A DNA stretch of 64,000 bases, from the NCBI GenBank assembly GCA_038231215.1, contig JBBRLS010000018.1, positions 3,832-67,831 of the forward strand, given 5' to 3'. The notes beneath the pieces were generated by a model. The model was not told the DNA's origin, ran no database searches, and worked only from the letters and a program-made list of their open reading frames with translations. Origin of the DNA: Burkholderiales bacterium. Lineage in GTDB: Bacteria > Pseudomonadota > Gammaproteobacteria > Burkholderiales > Burkholderiaceae_C. This document shows positions 8,835 through 21,738 of this stretch, one piece after another. Position numbers and translations under genes: made by a program. Numbering within the stretch: the stretch's first letter is position 1; the number at the start of each line of letters is the position of its first letter.

Positions 8835-9452
8835 ATGAAATCGAAGACCTTTCCCTCGACGCTGGCGGCGGCCAGCGCCATCACCGCCGCCATCGCCGCC
8901 CTGACCCTGAGCGCCTGCGGTCCGAAGGACGCGACAGGGTCCGCGGCGGCCACGCCCGCGGCGCAGATGCAAGCGGCCAACCCGGTTCCGCCAGCGCCCG
9001 TCGCCGAGCCCGCCACCACGATGCCTTCGCCGCCCCTGCAGCGGACTCCGGTTCCTGGCGTGGCGCCGCAGCCCGGGTATCCGCGGCAGCCCGCGTACCC
9101 GGCACAATCGAGCTATCCGGCTCCGCTCGCGGCAAACGCCTATGCGCCTCCACCGAACCACGTCGCCGAACGCCACGCCGCCGAAGCGGTCGTCGGTTCC
9201 GTGCTCGGCGCGGTCGTCGGCAACCAGTTCGGCCACGGCGCCGGGCGTGCCGGCATGACCGGCGTGGGTGCCGTTGGTGGCGCCATCGCCGGCAACAACC
9301 TCGAGCGCAACCATCGTGAAGCGATCACCGGCTACCGCGTCAGCATCCGCCTCGACAACGGCACGACGCGCAGCTTCGAGCGCAACGAAATCGGTGGCCT
9401 GCAGGTCGGCGATCGGGTCAAGCTCGACGCCGGAACGTTCCGCCGCGTCTGA
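8835..9452 (+). CDS. Glycine-zipper 2TM outer-membrane lipoprotein
   Basis: Lipobox LSAC, Pro/Ala/Gln linker, GSVLGAVVGNQFGHGAG...GAVGGAIAGN zipper, and a C-terminal YRVSIRLDNG...GDRV. Confidence 0.85.
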   Translation: MKSKTFPSTLAAASAITAAIAALTLSACGPKDATGSAAATPAAQMQAANPVPPAPVAEPATTMPSPPLQRTPVPGVAPQPGYPRQPAYPAQSSYPAPLAANAYAPPPNHVAERHAAEAVVGSVLGAVVGNQFGHGAGRAGMTGVGAVGGAIAGNNLERNHREAITGYRVSIRLDNGTTRSFERNEIGGLQVGDRVKLDAGTFRRV

Positions 9453-9479
9453 CATGCGCGAGACCGTCGCGCCGATTCG

Positions 9480-10310
9480 ATGACCGCCGCGTCGGGCGTC
9501 ATCCGGGTCGGCGTCGGCGGCTGGGTGTTCCCGCCTTGGCGGAACAATTTCTTTCCGCCCGGGCTGGCGCAGAAGAACGAGCTCGAGTATGCGAGCGGGC
9601 AGCTCACGGCGATCGAGATCAACGCGACCTATCACCGTCTGCAAAAGCCGGCCAGCTTCGCCAAATGGCGCGACGCCACGCCGCCGGGCTTCGTGTTCAG
9701 CGTCAAGGGCTCGCAGTACGTGACGAACCGGCGGGTGCTCGGCGAGGCGGGCGAGGCGATCGAGCGCTTCATGGCCAGCGGCCTGGCCGAGCTCGACGCC
9801 AAGCTCGGGCCGATCGTCTGGCAATTCGCGACCACGAAGGTTTTCGACCTCGACGATTTCGCAGCCTTCGTGGATCTCCTGCCTGGAAAGCTCGGCGCAT
9901 TGACGCTGCGCCACGCGGTCGAGGTGCGCCATCCCAGCTTCATGACGCCGGAGTTCCTGGCGCTGGTCCGCCGTCGCGGTGTCGCCACGGTGTTCGCCGA
10001 CTCCGACAAGTACCCGTCATTCGCCGACACGAGCGGCGGCTTCGTCTACGCGCGGCTCATGAACACGGAGCCGCAACACGCCACCGGCTACCCTCCCGGA
10101 CGCATTGCGGACTGGGCCGATTGCGCCCGTGTCTGGGCCGGCGGCGGCGAGCCCGCGGGCTTGCCGCGCATCGAGGCGGAAGGCGCGTCGGTCAAGGCTC
10201 CGCGCGACGTTTTTGCCTTCTTCATCAGCGGCGCCAAAGAACGTGCGCCTGCCGCGGCCGTGGCGATGCTGAAGGCGCTCTCTACCGGAACGTCGTCCTC
10301 CGCGAAGTGA
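9480..10310 (+). CDS. DUF72 domain protein
   Basis: IRVGVGGW, IEINATY, FSVKGS, LGPIVWQF and AVEVRHPSF motifs. Confidence 0.9.
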   Translation: MTAASGVIRVGVGGWVFPPWRNNFFPPGLAQKNELEYASGQLTAIEINATYHRLQKPASFAKWRDATPPGFVFSVKGSQYVTNRRVLGEAGEAIERFMASGLAELDAKLGPIVWQFATTKVFDLDDFAAFVDLLPGKLGALTLRHAVEVRHPSFMTPEFLALVRRRGVATVFADSDKYPSFADTSGGFVYARLMNTEPQHATGYPPGRIADWADCARVWAGGGEPAGLPRIEAEGASVKAPRDVFAFFISGAKERAPAAAVAMLKALSTGTSSSAK

Positions 10311-10335
10311 TCCTGAGAGAAGCGGGCGGGGCATG

Positions 10336-10376
10336 AAAAAGGCCTCGCGGCTGCCGTGAGCAGCGCGCGAGGCCCT
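10336..10376 (-). terminator. Intrinsic terminator downstream of DUF1328 gene
   Basis: Minus strand GGCCTCGCG...CGCGAGGCC followed by TTTTT. Confidence 0.65.
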
Positions 10377-10392
10377 GGCCTCGTCGGGGTCG

Positions 10393-10557
10393 CTAGACGC
10401 CTCGGTTGCGTCCGAACAGGAAGGTCGCGATGGCGAGGATGATGAAGACGACGAAGAGGATCTTGGCGATGCCGGCGGCGCCGGCGGCAATGCCGCCGAA
10501 GCCGAACAGCGCCGCGATCAACGCGATCACGAAAAATACGACGGCATAGTGAAGCAT
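10393..10557 (-). CDS. DUF1328 / UPF0391 small membrane protein (YtjA-like)
   Basis: [35 protein letters not shown]; AGGAG RBS. Confidence 0.93.
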   Translation of the reverse strand: MLHYAVVFFVIALIAALFGFGGIAAGAAGIAKILFVVFIILAIATFLFGRNRGV

Positions 10558-10779
10558 GAGGAACTCCTGGGTTGACGCGGCAGTCGCGGTGCGGAAATGT
10601 GCGGCTGCTGCGGTGTGCGTATCTTCGGGGCGGGCCCGCGCAGGGGCGATAGGCTCTGCGGCAGGCCGCGTGTCGGGAGTGCGAGGGACGCGCTGTCGGA
10701 CGGGTCCGACGTTGCGCTCGTCGCGCCGGACTCGCGTGCCACACTTGTCGGCCTCCTTTTCATCCGCAACCGGCCTCTC

Positions 10780-12486
10780 ATGAGCGACTTGACGCATGAC
10801 GCTTCGGCTTTCCCTGCGCCGGCCCCGAGCGCGACGCCCGAGCGCCCGCCGCGAGCGGCCGCGACCATCGTCGTCGTGCGCGACGGAGCGAGCGGGCTCG
10901 AGGTGCTGCTGTCGCGCCGCGCCGAAGGCAGCGACTACACGAGCGGCGCCTGGGTCTTTCCGGGCGGCATCGTCGACGCGCGTGACCGCGACGCGCACGG
11001 AGCCTGCGTCGGCCTCGACGACACCGCGGCGAGCGCAAAGCTCGGCCTGGACAGCGGCGGCCTCGACTTCTTCGTCGCCGCCATCCGCGAATGCTTCGAG
11101 GAGTCGGGATTGCTGTTCGCCCGTGCGCTCGCCGACGACGCCGTCGCGCTCGACGGTGCCGCCGTCGCCCGCCTCGTGCCTTGGCGCCATTTGCTGCATC
11201 AGCGCGAGCACGGCATCGCCGAGCTGTGCGCCAGGGAAGGCATCCGCCTCGACGCGGGCGCCCTGGTCTACCTGAGCCACTGGCTCACACCGCTCGGCCG
11301 CGCCAAACGCTACGACACGCGCTTCTTCATCGCCGCGGCGCCGGCATCGCAGGTTGCGCTTTTCGACGGCACCGAGATGGTCGAGCAGCTCTGGATCGCG
11401 CCGTCCGAAGCGCTGGCGCGCAGCCGCACCCTGAAGCTGCTGACGCCGACGCAGAAGACGCTCGACCTGATCGCCCGCTTCGCCGACGTCGCAGCGCTGA
11501 TGGCCTGGGCCGCGGCGCCGCGCAGCGTGCCGCTGACCATGCCGCACGTCGCGCTCGGCAAGGACGGCCTGCGACCGGTGCTGCCTGACGAGCCGGCCTG
11601 GGCCGAGCTCGGCCGCATCGATCCGGCTGGCCATGGTCATGGCTCCTACGATCTCGACCCGGGCCGGGCGGTGCGCCTCTCGGAGCGGGTGATCCGCGTC
11701 ACCGCGGGCAACGGCAGCATGATGACCGGCCCCGGAACCAACACCTACCTGGTCGGCGGCGGCCTTTCGAACGAATGGGCGGCGATCGATCCGGGCCCGG
11801 CCATCGACGCGCACGTCGAGGCGATCCTCGCCGCGGCCCCCGGCCCGATCACGCGCATCTTCGCGACGCACACCCACACCGACCATTCGCCGGCCACCGT
11901 CGCGTTGAAGGCGCGCACTGGCGCGACGGTGCACGGCCTCGTGGCGCGCCATCGCGAGTGGCAGGACGCGAGCTTCGTTCCCGATGTCACCTTGACCGGC
12001 GGCGAACGCATCGAGATCGCGCCGGGGACGACGCTTGCCGCCATCCACACGCCCGGCCACGCCTCCAACCATCTCTGCTACCTGCTCGAAGAAGAGAGGA
12101 CGCTCTTCACCGGCGATCACGTCATGCAGATGTCGACCGTCGTCATCAATCCGCCCGACGGCGACATGCGCGCCTACATCGAGTCGCTTCGCTCGCTGCT
12201 CTCGCACGAGCTCGACTGGCTGGCGCCCGGCCACGGCTTCCTGATGGCCGAGCCACGCCAGGCGATGGAAAAGGTCATCGCGCACCGGCTCGGGCGCGAA
12301 GCCAAGGTGCTCGTCGCCTTGCGCGATCTCGAACCGGCATCGAGCGAGGCCCTGCTTGCGCAGGTCTACGCCGACGTGCCTGCCAAGCTGCACCTGATGG
12401 CCATGCGCTCGCTCACCGCGCACCTGCACAAGCTGCGCGACGACGGGGTCGCCGCCGAAAGCGGCGGCGCCTGGTCGCTGCGCTGA
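10780..12486 (+). CDS. NUDIX hydrolase - MBL-fold hydrolase (LACTB2-like) fusion
   Basis: N-terminal AWVFPGG...[11 protein letters not shown] and HWLTP...KRYDTRFF. C-terminal [23 protein letters not shown] and FTGDH. Confidence 0.9.
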   Translation: MSDLTHDASAFPAPAPSATPERPPRAAATIVVVRDGASGLEVLLSRRAEGSDYTSGAWVFPGGIVDARDRDAHGACVGLDDTAASAKLGLDSGGLDFFVAAIRECFEESGLLFARALADDAVALDGAAVARLVPWRHLLHQREHGIAELCAREGIRLDAGALVYLSHWLTPLGRAKRYDTRFFIAAAPASQVALFDGTEMVEQLWIAPSEALARSRTLKLLTPTQKTLDLIARFADVAALMAWAAAPRSVPLTMPHVALGKDGLRPVLPDEPAWAELGRIDPAGHGHGSYDLDPGRAVRLSERVIRVTAGNGSMMTGPGTNTYLVGGGLSNEWAAIDPGPAIDAHVEAILAAAPGPITRIFATHTHTDHSPATVALKARTGATVHGLVARHREWQDASFVPDVTLTGGERIEIAPGTTLAAIHTPGHASNHLCYLLEEERTLFTGDHVMQMSTVVINPPDGDMRAYIESLRSLLSHELDWLAPGHGFLMAEPRQAMEKVIAHRLGREAKVLVALRDLEPASSEALLAQVYADVPAKLHLMAMRSLTAHLHKLRDDGVAAESGGAWSLR

Positions 12487-12498
12487 GCGGCTCTCGCC

Positions 12499-13659
<1,161 letters not shown>

Positions 13660-13669
13660 GTCGCGAGAC

Positions 13670-16600
13670 CTACATGCTCCGCCGATACTGCCCGCCGACC
13701 TCGAACAGCGCGTCGGTGATCTGGCCGAGCGAGCAGACGCGCACCGCGTCCATCAGCACCTCGAACACGTTGACGTTGGCGATGACGGCGCTCTTCAGGC
13801 GCTGCAGCATGGCCGGCGACTCGCCCGCGTGACGCGCATGAAAGTCGGCGAGCCGGGCGAGCTGGCTCTGCTTTTCCTCTGCCGTCGATCGCTGCAGTTC
13901 GACGTGGTCGGGCGCCGTGTCGCCGTGCGGATTGCGAAAGGTGTTGACGCCGACGATCGGGTACTCGCCCGAGTGCTTCTGCATCTCGTAGTGCATCGAC
14001 TCTTCCTGGATCTTGCCGCGCTGGTAGCCGGTCTCCATCGCGCCGAGCACGCCGCCGCGCTCGGCGATCTTCTCGAACTCCGAGAGCACCGCTTCCTCGA
14101 CCAGCTCGGTCAGCTCGTCGATGATGAACGAGCCCTGGTTCGGGTTCTCGTTCTTCGCCAGACCCCACTCGCGGTTGATGATGAGCTGGATCGCCATCGC
14201 CCGGCGCACGCTGTCTTCGGTCGGCGTCGTGATCGCTTCGTCGAAGGCATTCGTGTGCAATGAATTGCAGTTGTCGTAGATCGCGATCAGCGCCTGCAGC
14301 GTGGTGCGGATGTCGTTGAACTGCACTTCCTGCGCGTGCAGCGAGCGGCCGCTCGTCTGCACGTGGTACTTGAGCTTCTGGCTGCGCTCGTTGGCGCCGT
14401 AGCGGTGGCGCATCGCCACCGCCCAGATGCGCCGCGCGACGCGGCCCATCACCGTGTACTCGGGGTCCATGCCGTTGGAGAAGAAGAAGCTCAGGTTCGG
14501 CGCGAACTCGTCGACCTTCATGCCGCGCGCCAGGTACGCCTCGACGAAGGTGAAGCCGTTCGAGAGCGTGAAGGCAAGTTGGCTGATCGGGTTGGCGCCC
14601 GCTTCGGCGATGTGATAGCCGGAGATGCTGACCGAGTAGAAGTTCTGCACCCGGTGCTGCACGAACCTCTGTGCGATGTCGCCCATCACCTTGAGCGAGA
14701 ACTCCGTCGAGAAGATGCAGGTGTTCTGGCCCTGGTCTTCCTTCAGGATGTCGGCCTGCACCGTTCCGCGCACGTTCTGCTTGACCCACCTGGCGATGTC
14801 GGCCGCTTCGCCGGCTTCCGGCTCGCGGCCTTGCTCGGCCTCGAACTTGTCGAGCTTCTGGTCGATCGCCGTGTTCATGAACATGGCCAGGATCGTCGGC
14901 GCCGGCCCGTTGATCGTCATGCTCACGCTGGTCGTGGGGCTCGTCAGGTCGAAGCCGGAATAAAGGACCTCCATGTCCTCGAGCGTGGCGATCGAGACGC
15001 CCGAATTGCCGACCTTGCCGTAGATGTCGGGCCTGAGGGCCGGGTCGTTGCCGTACAGCGTGACCGAGTCGAAGGCGGTCGACAGGCGCTTGGCCGGCAT
15101 GCCGGCCGAGAGCAGCTTGAAGCGAGTGTTGGTCTTGAAGGCGTCGCCCTCGCCGGCGAACATGCGTGTCGGATCCTCGTTCTCGCGCTTGAACTCGAAG
15201 GTGCCCGCGGCATACGGAAACGCGCCAGGCACGTTGTCGAGCAGCAGCCACTTCAGGATCTCGCCGTGATCCTCGTAGCGCGGCAGGGCGACCTTGCGGA
15301 TCTTCGTCCCCGAGAGCGACGTGGAGACGAGTGCAGTGCGGATCTCGCGATCGCGCACGGTCACCACATATTCGTCGCCGGCGTAGGCCTGCTGCAGCGC
15401 AGGCCATTCGGCGAGCAGACGACGCGCGTTCGGGTCCAGCCGCTGCTCGCGCTCGGCGGCCAGCCCGTTGACGGCGCCGACCGCGTTCATCTTTTCCGGG
15501 TTGGCCTCGGTCAGCATGCGGCCGCTCTCGCGCAGCTGCTGGATCTCGCGCGCCAGGCGGGCCTGGGCGAGGGCGTGCTTCTTGTAGTGGCGAACCGCAT
15601 CGGCGATGTCGGCCAGGTAGCGCGACCGCGCGCCGGGAACGATGGGCACCTGGTGCGTGCTGTGCCGGGTCGACGCGGCGGGCAGCGCGCCGCCGGCCCG
15701 CGCCGGCAGGCCGAGCGCGACCAGGCGCGCCAGCATCGCCTGGTAGAGCGCGGTGACGCCGTCGTCGTTGAAGCGGCTGGCCATGGTGCCGAACACCGGC
15801 ATCTCGTCGGGCCGCCGGCCAAACGCCTCGCGGTTGCGCTGCACCTGCTTGGCAACGTCGCGCAGCGCGTCGGCGGCGCCCTTGCGGTCGAACTTGTTGA
15901 TGGCGACGAACTCGGCGAAGTCGAGCATGTCGATCTTCTCGAGCTGGCTGGCGGCGCCGAACTCCGGCGTCATCACGTAGACCGGCACGTCGACCAGCGG
16001 CACGATCGCCGCGTCGCCCTGGCCGATGCCCGAGGTCTCGACGATGACGAGATCGAAGCCGGCCGCCTTCACCGCCGCCAGCACGTCGGGCAGGGCGGCG
16101 CTGATCTCCGAGCCGAAGTCGCGCGTCGCCAGCGAGCGCATGAAGACGCGCGGGCCGTCGTCCCACGGCGCGATGGCGTTCATGCGGATGCGGTCGCCGA
16201 GCAGCGCGCCGCCGCTCTTCCTCCGCGACGGGTCGATGCTGATGACGGCGATCTGCAAGGCATCGCCCTGGTCGAGGCGCAGGCGCCGGATCAGCTCGTC
16301 GGTGAGGCTGGACTTGCCGGCGCCGCCGGTGCCCGTGATGCCGATCACCGGCGTCTTCGCGGCGGCCGCCGAGCTGCGCAGATCGCCGAGCAGCGACGGC
16401 GCCGCGGCACCGTTCTCGATCGCCGTGATGAGCTGCGCGAGGGCGCGACGCGACGACCGACTGCTGCCCCGGATCGCATCGAGCGTGGTCGGCGCGTACG
16501 GCGACAAGTCGACGTCGCAGCGCATCATCATCTCGCCGATCATGCCGGCCAGGCCCATTCGCTGGCCGTCTTCGGGGCTGTAGATGCGTTCGACGCCATA

Positions 16601-16966
16601 GGCCTGCAGCTCGGCGATCTCGCTCGCCACGATGACGCCGCCGCCGCCGCCGAAGACCTTGATGTGCGCGCCGCCGCGCTCCCTGAGCAGGTCGACCATG
16701 TACTTGAAGTACTCGACGTGGCCGCCCTGGTAGGAGCTGATGGCGATGCCCTGCACGTCTTCCTGGAGCGCCGCCGTCACCACCTCATCGACCGAACGGT
16801 TGTGGCCCAGGTGCACGACCTCGGCGCCCATTCCCTGAAGGATGCGGCGCATGATGTTGATGGCCGCGTCGTGCCCGTCGAAGAGCGCCGCGGCGGTGAC
16901 GAAGCGCACCTTGTGCGCCGGCCGGTATTGGGCCAGCGCCTTGTAGTCGGCGGAGAGTTCGGTCAT
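13670..16966 (-). CDS. icmF: Fused isobutyryl-CoA mutase / MeaB-type GTPase
   Basis: N-terminal B12-binding DGHDAAIN, GTPase GTGGAGKSS...ETSGIGQ...NKFD, and a C-terminal mutase domain ([24 protein letters not shown]); 1098 aa. Confidence 0.95.
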   Translation of the reverse strand: MTELSADYKALAQYRPAHKVRFVTAAALFDGHDAAINIMRRILQGMGAEVVHLGHNRSVDEVVTAALQEDVQGIAISSYQGGHVEYFKYMVDLLRERGGAHIKVFGGGGGVIVASEIAELQAYGVERIYSPEDGQRMGLAGMIGEMMMRCDVDLSPYAPTTLDAIRGSSRSSRRALAQLITAIENGAAAPSLLGDLRSSAAAAKTPVIGITGTGGAGKSSLTDELIRRLRLDQGDALQIAVISIDPSRRKSGGALLGDRIRMNAIAPWDDGPRVFMRSLATRDFGSEISAALPDVLAAVKAAGFDLVIVETSGIGQGDAAIVPLVDVPVYVMTPEFGAASQLEKIDMLDFAEFVAINKFDRKGAADALRDVAKQVQRNREAFGRRPDEMPVFGTMASRFNDDGVTALYQAMLARLVALGLPARAGGALPAASTRHSTHQVPIVPGARSRYLADIADAVRHYKKHALAQARLAREIQQLRESGRMLTEANPEKMNAVGAVNGLAAEREQRLDPNARRLLAEWPALQQAYAGDEYVVTVRDREIRTALVSTSLSGTKIRKVALPRYEDHGEILKWLLLDNVPGAFPYAAGTFEFKRENEDPTRMFAGEGDAFKTNTRFKLLSAGMPAKRLSTAFDSVTLYGNDPALRPDIYGKVGNSGVSIATLEDMEVLYSGFDLTSPTTSVSMTINGPAPTILAMFMNTAIDQKLDKFEAEQGREPEAGEAADIARWVKQNVRGTVQADILKEDQGQNTCIFSTEFSLKVMGDIAQRFVQHRVQNFYSVSISGYHIAEAGANPISQLAFTLSNGFTFVEAYLARGMKVDEFAPNLSFFFSNGMDPEYTVMGRVARRIWAVAMRHRYGANERSQKLKYHVQTSGRSLHAQEVQFNDIRTTLQALIAIYDNCNSLHTNAFDEAITTPTEDSVRRAMAIQLIINREWGLAKNENPNQGSFIIDELTELVEEAVLSEFEKIAERGGVLGAMETGYQRGKIQEESMHYEMQKHSGEYPIVGVNTFRNPHGDTAPDHVELQRSTAEEKQSQLARLADFHARHAGESPAMLQRLKSAVIANVNVFEVLMDAVRVCSLGQITDALFEVGGQYRRSM

Positions 16967-17008
16967 GGGCGTCTCTTGCGGGTAGGGCGGCCTGGGCGCG
17001 AACGAACG

Positions 17009-17866
17009 CTAAGGCACCTTGAGGTTCGACAGCGACGGGTCGCCCGGGGGGTAGCGCAGCTTCAAGTCGATCAGCGCCTTCTTGACGACGCCGGCAATCA
17101 TCAGGTTGCGGTGCGTCTTCGAATCCGCCGGAACGATCGTCCACGGCGCCCAGGTCGTGCCGGTCGCGGCGACGACGGCGCTGTAGGCCGCCTGGTACTC
17201 GTCCCAGTGCTTGCGGGCTTCGAGGTCGCCGAGCGCGAACTTCCAGTGCTTGGTCGGGTCGTCGAGCCGCTCCTGCAGGCGCAGGCGCTGCTCTTCCTTC
17301 GAGATGTGGAGCAGGAACTTGAGGACGATCGTGCCGGTCTCGACCAGCATGCGCTCGAAGTCGTTGATCTGCGCGTAGCGCTGCTTCGTCTCTTCCTTCG
17401 TGATCCAGCCCTTGACGACCGGCACGAGCACGTCTTCATAGTGGCTGCGGTTGAAGAGCAGCACCTCGCCGGCGGCCGGCACCTTCTGGTGGATTCGCCA
17501 GAGATAGTCGTGTGCGCGCTCCTCGTCGGAAGGCGCCTTCCAGGCGACGGTGTGCACGCCGAGCGCGCTCATCTGGCCGAACACGCCGCGGATCGTGCCG
17601 TCCTTGCCACTCGTGTCGGTGCCCTGCAGGACGACCAGCAGCTTGAAGCGCCGGTCGGCGTAGAAGAGGTCCTGGAGCTTGTCGAGCTCGACCGCGAGCG
17701 TCGCGGCGGCCGCCTTGTCGGCCGCCTTGTCGCCCGACGAGAACGGCTTGGCATCGGAGGCGATGCGCGACAGCTCGAACGACCTGCGCCCGCGCCGCCG
17801 GTCGCCTGCCGTTGCGCCGGCAAACTGGAAGTCGGCCAGGCGCGCGCTGCTTTTGCTTTTCGCCAA
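17009..17866 (-). CDS. ppk2: Polyphosphate kinase 2 family (class III-like)
   Basis: [10 protein letters not shown] Walker [19 protein letters not shown] and [11 protein letters not shown]. Probable TTG start after GGAG. Confidence 0.9.
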   Translation of the reverse strand: MAKSKSSARLADFQFAGATAGDRRRGRRSFELSRIASDAKPFSSGDKAADKAAAATLAVELDKLQDLFYADRRFKLLVVLQGTDTSGKDGTIRGVFGQMSALGVHTVAWKAPSDEERAHDYLWRIHQKVPAAGEVLLFNRSHYEDVLVPVVKGWITKEETKQRYAQINDFERMLVETGTIVLKFLLHISKEEQRLRLQERLDDPTKHWKFALGDLEARKHWDEYQAAYSAVVAATGTTWAPWTIVPADSKTHRNLMIAGVVKKALIDLKLRYPPGDPSLSNLKVP

Positions 17867-17909
17867 GTTGTCTCCACCGCCGTAGAAGGCGTCGCCTCGA
17901 CGCGAGGCC

Positions 17910-17929
17910 AATTGACGTATACGTCAATT
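17910..17929. promoter_or_regulatory. LiuR-type operator palindrome
   Basis: Perfect 20-bp palindrome AATTGACGTATACGTCAATT, sharing the ACGT-N2-ACGT core with the site upstream of liuR at 34809. Confidence 0.75.
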
Positions 17930-18029
17930 ACAAGTGTAGCGCCGTGCGCCGGGCTTTCTGGCCGGGCGGACGACGGCAGGGTCGCTCCCGCTTTACAGTC
18001 GCGTGCTCGAACCCACCCGAGGAGCTGCC

Positions 18030-18473
18030 ATGACCCGCGTCGACCGCGCTTTCGCCAGTTTGCTGTTCGCCGTCGCGTTCGCGCTGCTCGCCGCGCCGGC
18101 GGCGCGCGCCGAGCGTGTCTCCAGCGACGATTCGAGGGCAGTCCGCGCCGTCGTCGAGGCGCAGCTCTCGGCCTTTGCCGCCGACGACGCCAAGCGCGCG
18201 TTCTCGTACGCCGCGCCGTCGATCCGCGAGATGTTCGGTACGCCCGACCGCTTCATGGCGATGGTGCGCGCCGGCTATCCGGTCGTCTACCGGCCGGCCT
18301 CGGTGGTCTTTCTCAATCCCGAACGGGTCGAGGGGCAGTTGTTGCAGGGCGTGCATCTCACCGATGGCAGCGGCGCGCTCTGGCTCGCCGTCTACCGGCT
18401 CGAGCGGCAGCCCGACAAGTCCTGGCGCATCGCCGGCTGCGACGTGCAGCCGAGCACGGGCAAGATGACCTGA
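18030..18473 (+). CDS. DUF4864 domain periplasmic protein
   Basis: Signal peptide, then [26 protein letters not shown]...[15 protein letters not shown]. Confidence 0.85.
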   Translation: MTRVDRAFASLLFAVAFALLAAPAARAERVSSDDSRAVRAVVEAQLSAFAADDAKRAFSYAAPSIREMFGTPDRFMAMVRAGYPVVYRPASVVFLNPERVEGQLLQGVHLTDGSGALWLAVYRLERQPDKSWRIAGCDVQPSTGKMT

Positions 18474-18487
18474 CCCGGGTCGAGGCC

Positions 18488-19255
18488 ATGGCCTTCCTCG
18501 CGCTCGACATCGGCAACACCCGCCTCAAGTGGGCGCTCTACAGCGCGCCCAAACCCGGCGCGGGACTGCTCCATCACGGCGCCGTCTTTCTCGAAGCGAT
18601 CGACGACTTGGCCGAATCGCAGTGGCGCGCCCTACCGGCGCCCACGAGCATGCTCGGCAGCATCGTCGCCGGCGAAGGCATTCGCCGGCGCGCCGAAGCG
18701 CAGCTCGAGATCTGGGACGTCGAGCCGCGCTGGGTGGTGAGCTCGGCTTCGGCCGGCGGCGTGACCAACGGCTACGACCATCCGACCCGGCTCGGCGTCG
18801 ACCGCTGGGTGGCGCTGATCGGCGCCCGGCAGCGCATCCTGTCGCGCGGCGCACCCCGGCCGGTGCTCGTCGTCATGGTCGGCACCGCGGTGACGGTCGA
18901 CGCCCTCGACGCCAGCGGGCGCTTTCTCGGCGGCCTGATCCTGCCCGGCTTCGGCCTCATGCTGCGCGCGCTCGAGATGGGGACGGCGGGATTGAAGGCT
19001 CCGACCGGCGAGGCCGTCGACTTTCCCACCAATACCAGCGACGCGCTGATGAGCGGCGGCTCCGAAGCCATCGCTGGCGCGGTCGGTCGCATGTACCGCA
19101 AGCTCGAGAACAAGAGCGGCGAGGCGCCGGCCATCTTCATGGGCGGCGGCGCCGCGGTCAAGCTGGCGGCTATCACCGACCAGCCGGTCGAGATGGTCGA
19201 GACGCTGATCTTCGACGGCCTGCTGCACCTGCAGTCGAGGCGGCTCGCGCTCTGA
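18488..19255 (+). CDS. coaX: Type III pantothenate kinase
   Basis: [24 protein letters not shown] and GGLILPG. Confidence 0.93.
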   Translation: MAFLALDIGNTRLKWALYSAPKPGAGLLHHGAVFLEAIDDLAESQWRALPAPTSMLGSIVAGEGIRRRAEAQLEIWDVEPRWVVSSASAGGVTNGYDHPTRLGVDRWVALIGARQRILSRGAPRPVLVVMVGTAVTVDALDASGRFLGGLILPGFGLMLRALEMGTAGLKAPTGEAVDFPTNTSDALMSGGSEAIAGAVGRMYRKLENKSGEAPAIFMGGGAAVKLAAITDQPVEMVETLIFDGLLHLQSRRLAL

Positions 19256-19284
19256 CCGCCGACGGCCGACGAGGAGGTTCGCGC

Positions 19285-19764
19285 ATGGCCCATCACACGG
19301 CAGAGACGATCTGGAGCCGCGGCGACGCCAGCCGCGAAGACTTCGTCGCCAACCGCTACAGCCGGCGCCACCTGCTGCGCTTCGACGGCGGTGCCGAGCT
19401 GCCGGGATCGTCGTCGCCGCATGTCGTGCCGCTGCCGTATTCGGACGCGGCGGCGGTCGACCCGGAAGAAGCCTTCGTCGCCTCGCTCTCGAGCTGCCAC
19501 ATGCTGTGGTTTCTCTCGCTCGCCGCGCGCGACCGCTTCTGCGTCGATCACTACGCCGATGCGGCGACCGGCCTGCTGGCGAAGAACGCGGAGGGATGCC
19601 TGGCGATGACGGTCGTGATCCTGCATCCGTCGGTCGTGTTTTCCGGCGAGCGGATGCCGAGCCGGGCCGACATCGAGCGGCTGCACCACGAGGCGCATGA
19701 GTCGTGCTTCATCGCCACTTCGGTGAAGTCCGAGGTGCGTTGCGAGCCGGTGTTCGCGGCCTGA
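19285..19764 (+). CDS. OsmC family protein
   Basis: DPEEAFVASLSSCHMLWFL and HEAHESCFIATSV (two conserved Cys); GAGGAGG RBS. Confidence 0.9.
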   Translation: MAHHTAETIWSRGDASREDFVANRYSRRHLLRFDGGAELPGSSSPHVVPLPYSDAAAVDPEEAFVASLSSCHMLWFLSLAARDRFCVDHYADAATGLLAKNAEGCLAMTVVILHPSVVFSGERMPSRADIERLHHEAHESCFIATSVKSEVRCEPVFAA

Positions 19765-19767
19765 AGA

Positions 19768-19803
19768 CCCTCACCCCGGCCCTCTCCCGCAAGCGGGAGA
19801 GGG
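19768..19803. repeat. REP-like hairpin element (CCCTCACCCC-GGCCCTCTCCC type)
   Basis: CCCTCACCCCGGCCCTCTCCCGCAAGCGGGAGAGGG between convergent genes; recognisable intergenic repeat type. Confidence 0.75.
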
Positions 19804-19813
19804 GGCAAGTCGG

Positions 19814-21148
19814 TTAGAGGATGTAGCGGGAGAGGTCGACGTCCTGCGCCAGCTCGGCGAGCTTGGAGTCGACCGCGGCGGCGTCGATGACGATGGTCTG
19901 GCCGCCGCGGTTGGGCGCATCGAAGCTCACTTCGTCGAGCAGCCGTTCCATCACCGTCGAGAGGCGGCGCGCGCCGATGTTCTCGGTGCGCTCGTTGACG
20001 TCGTAGGCGATCTGCGCGATGCGCCGGATTGCGGCCGGCGCGATCTCGAGCGTCACGCCTTCGGTCGCGAGCAGCAGCGTGTACTGCTTGACGAGGCTGG
20101 CGTGGGTCTGCGTCAGGATCGCCTCGAAGTCGTCGACCGAGAGCGGGCCGAGCTCGACGCGGATCGGAAAGCGCCCCTGCAGCTCGGGGATCAGGTCGCT
20201 CGGCTTGGCGAAGTGGAACGCGCCCGAGGCGATGAACAGGATGTGGTCGGTCTTCACCATCCCGTACTTGGTGTTGACGGTCGTGCCCTCGACCAGCGGC
20301 AGCAGGTCGCGCTGCACGCCCTGGCGCGAGACGTCGGCGCCCTGCGTCTCAGAGCGCGAGGCGACCTTGTCGATCTCGTCGATGAAGACGATGCCGTTCT
20401 GCTCGGCGTTGGCGAGCGCGGTCGCCTTGACCTCGTCGTCGTTGACGAGCTTGGCGGCTTCTTCGTCGACGAGGAGCTTGTGCGCCTCGACGATCTTCAT
20501 CTTGCGCGCCTTCTTCTTGCCGCCACCGAGGTTGGCGAACATGCCGCGCAACTGCTCGGTCATGTCTTCCATGCCGGCCGGGCCCATGATCTCCATCGAC
20601 GGCTTGGCCTCGGCGACCTCGATCTCGATCTCGCGGTCGGCCAGCGCGCCTTCGCGCAGGCGCTTGCGCATCACCTGACGCGCCGTGTTGTCGGCCGAGG
20701 GCGAGGGCGCCAGGCCGAACTCGGCGCGCGTGCCAGGCACGATGATCTCGAGGATGCGGTCTTCGGCGGCGTCTTCGGCGCGCGCGCGCTGGCGGCGCAT
20801 GGCCGTCTCGCGCTCCTGCTTGACGGCCATGTCGACGAGGTCGCGGATGATCGAGTCGACGTCCTTGCCGACGTAGCCGACCTCGGTGAACTTGGTCGCC
20901 TCGACCTTGATGAAAGGCGCGTCGGCCAGCCGTGCGAGGCGGCGCGCGATCTCGGTCTTGCCGACGCCGGTCGGGCCGATCATGAGGATGTTCTTCGGTG
21001 TGATCTCGCCGCGCATCGCTTCGTCGACCTGCTGGCGGCGCCAGCGGTTGCGCAGCGCGATCGCGACGGCGCGCTTGGCGCCCGACTGACCGACGATGTG
21101 CCGGTCGAGCTCGGAGACGATCTCCTGCGGCGTCATGCTCGACTTCAT
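19814..21148 (-). CDS. hslU: ATP-dependent protease ATPase subunit HslU
   Basis: [32 protein letters not shown] and [12 protein letters not shown]. Confidence 0.97.
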   Translation of the reverse strand: MKSSMTPQEIVSELDRHIVGQSGAKRAVAIALRNRWRRQQVDEAMRGEITPKNILMIGPTGVGKTEIARRLARLADAPFIKVEATKFTEVGYVGKDVDSIIRDLVDMAVKQERETAMRRQRARAEDAAEDRILEIIVPGTRAEFGLAPSPSADNTARQVMRKRLREGALADREIEIEVAEAKPSMEIMGPAGMEDMTEQLRGMFANLGGGKKKARKMKIVEAHKLLVDEEAAKLVNDDEVKATALANAEQNGIVFIDEIDKVASRSETQGADVSRQGVQRDLLPLVEGTTVNTKYGMVKTDHILFIASGAFHFAKPSDLIPELQGRFPIRVELGPLSVDDFEAILTQTHASLVKQYTLLLATEGVTLEIAPAAIRRIAQIAYDVNERTENIGARRLSTVMERLLDEVSFDAPNRGGQTIVIDAAAVDSKLAELAQDVDLSRYIL

Positions 21149-21681
21149 TCCAGCGTCTCGATCGTGTGGTTCTGGTTCGTGTAGATGCACAGATCGCCGG
21201 CGATCTCGAGCGAGCGCTTGACGATCTCCCTCGGCGCCAGCTCGGTGTTCTGCAGCAGCGCGCGCGCCGCCGCGCTGGCATAGGAGCCGCCCGAGCCGAT
21301 GGCGACGATGCCGTACTCGGGCTCGAGCACGTCGCCGTTGCCGGTGATGATGAGCGAGCTCTCGTGATCGGCGACGGCGAGCATTGCCTCGAGCCGGCGC
21401 AGCACGCGGTCGGTGCGCCAGTCCTTGGTCAGCTCGATGGCCGAGCGCACGAGGTTGCCCTGGTGCTTCTCGAGCTTGGCCTCGAAGCGCTCGAACAGGG
21501 TGAAGGCGTCGGCGGTCGCCCCGGCAAAGCCGGCCAGCACCTTGTCGTGATGCAGGCGCCGGATCTTCTTCGCCGTCGCCTTGACGACGATGTTGCCGAG
21601 CGTGACCTGGCCGTCGCCGCCGAGCGCCACGACGTGGCCGCGGCGCACGCTGACGATCGTCGTGCCGTGATAGTTTTCCAT
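21145..21681 (-). CDS. hslV: ATP-dependent protease peptidase subunit HslV
   Basis: [28 protein letters not shown] and GSGG. Confidence 0.97.
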   Translation of the reverse strand: MENYHGTTIVSVRRGHVVALGGDGQVTLGNIVVKATAKKIRRLHHDKVLAGFAGATADAFTLFERFEAKLEKHQGNLVRSAIELTKDWRTDRVLRRLEAMLAVADHESSLIITGNGDVLEPEYGIVAIGSGGSYASAAARALLQNTELAPREIVKRSLEIAGDLCIYTNQNHTIETLE

Positions 21682-21738
21682 CCCGCGCAGATTGTGACGC
21701 GGCCGGCCGGCTTCAAGCCGCGCCCGCCCCAAGCCAGG

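Noticed and set aside
14336-19255. 1639-aa plus-strand ORF
   Set aside because: Mostly the antisense shadow of icmF and ppk2 in GC-rich DNA. Only the last 255 aa (coaX, from 18488) are a real gene.
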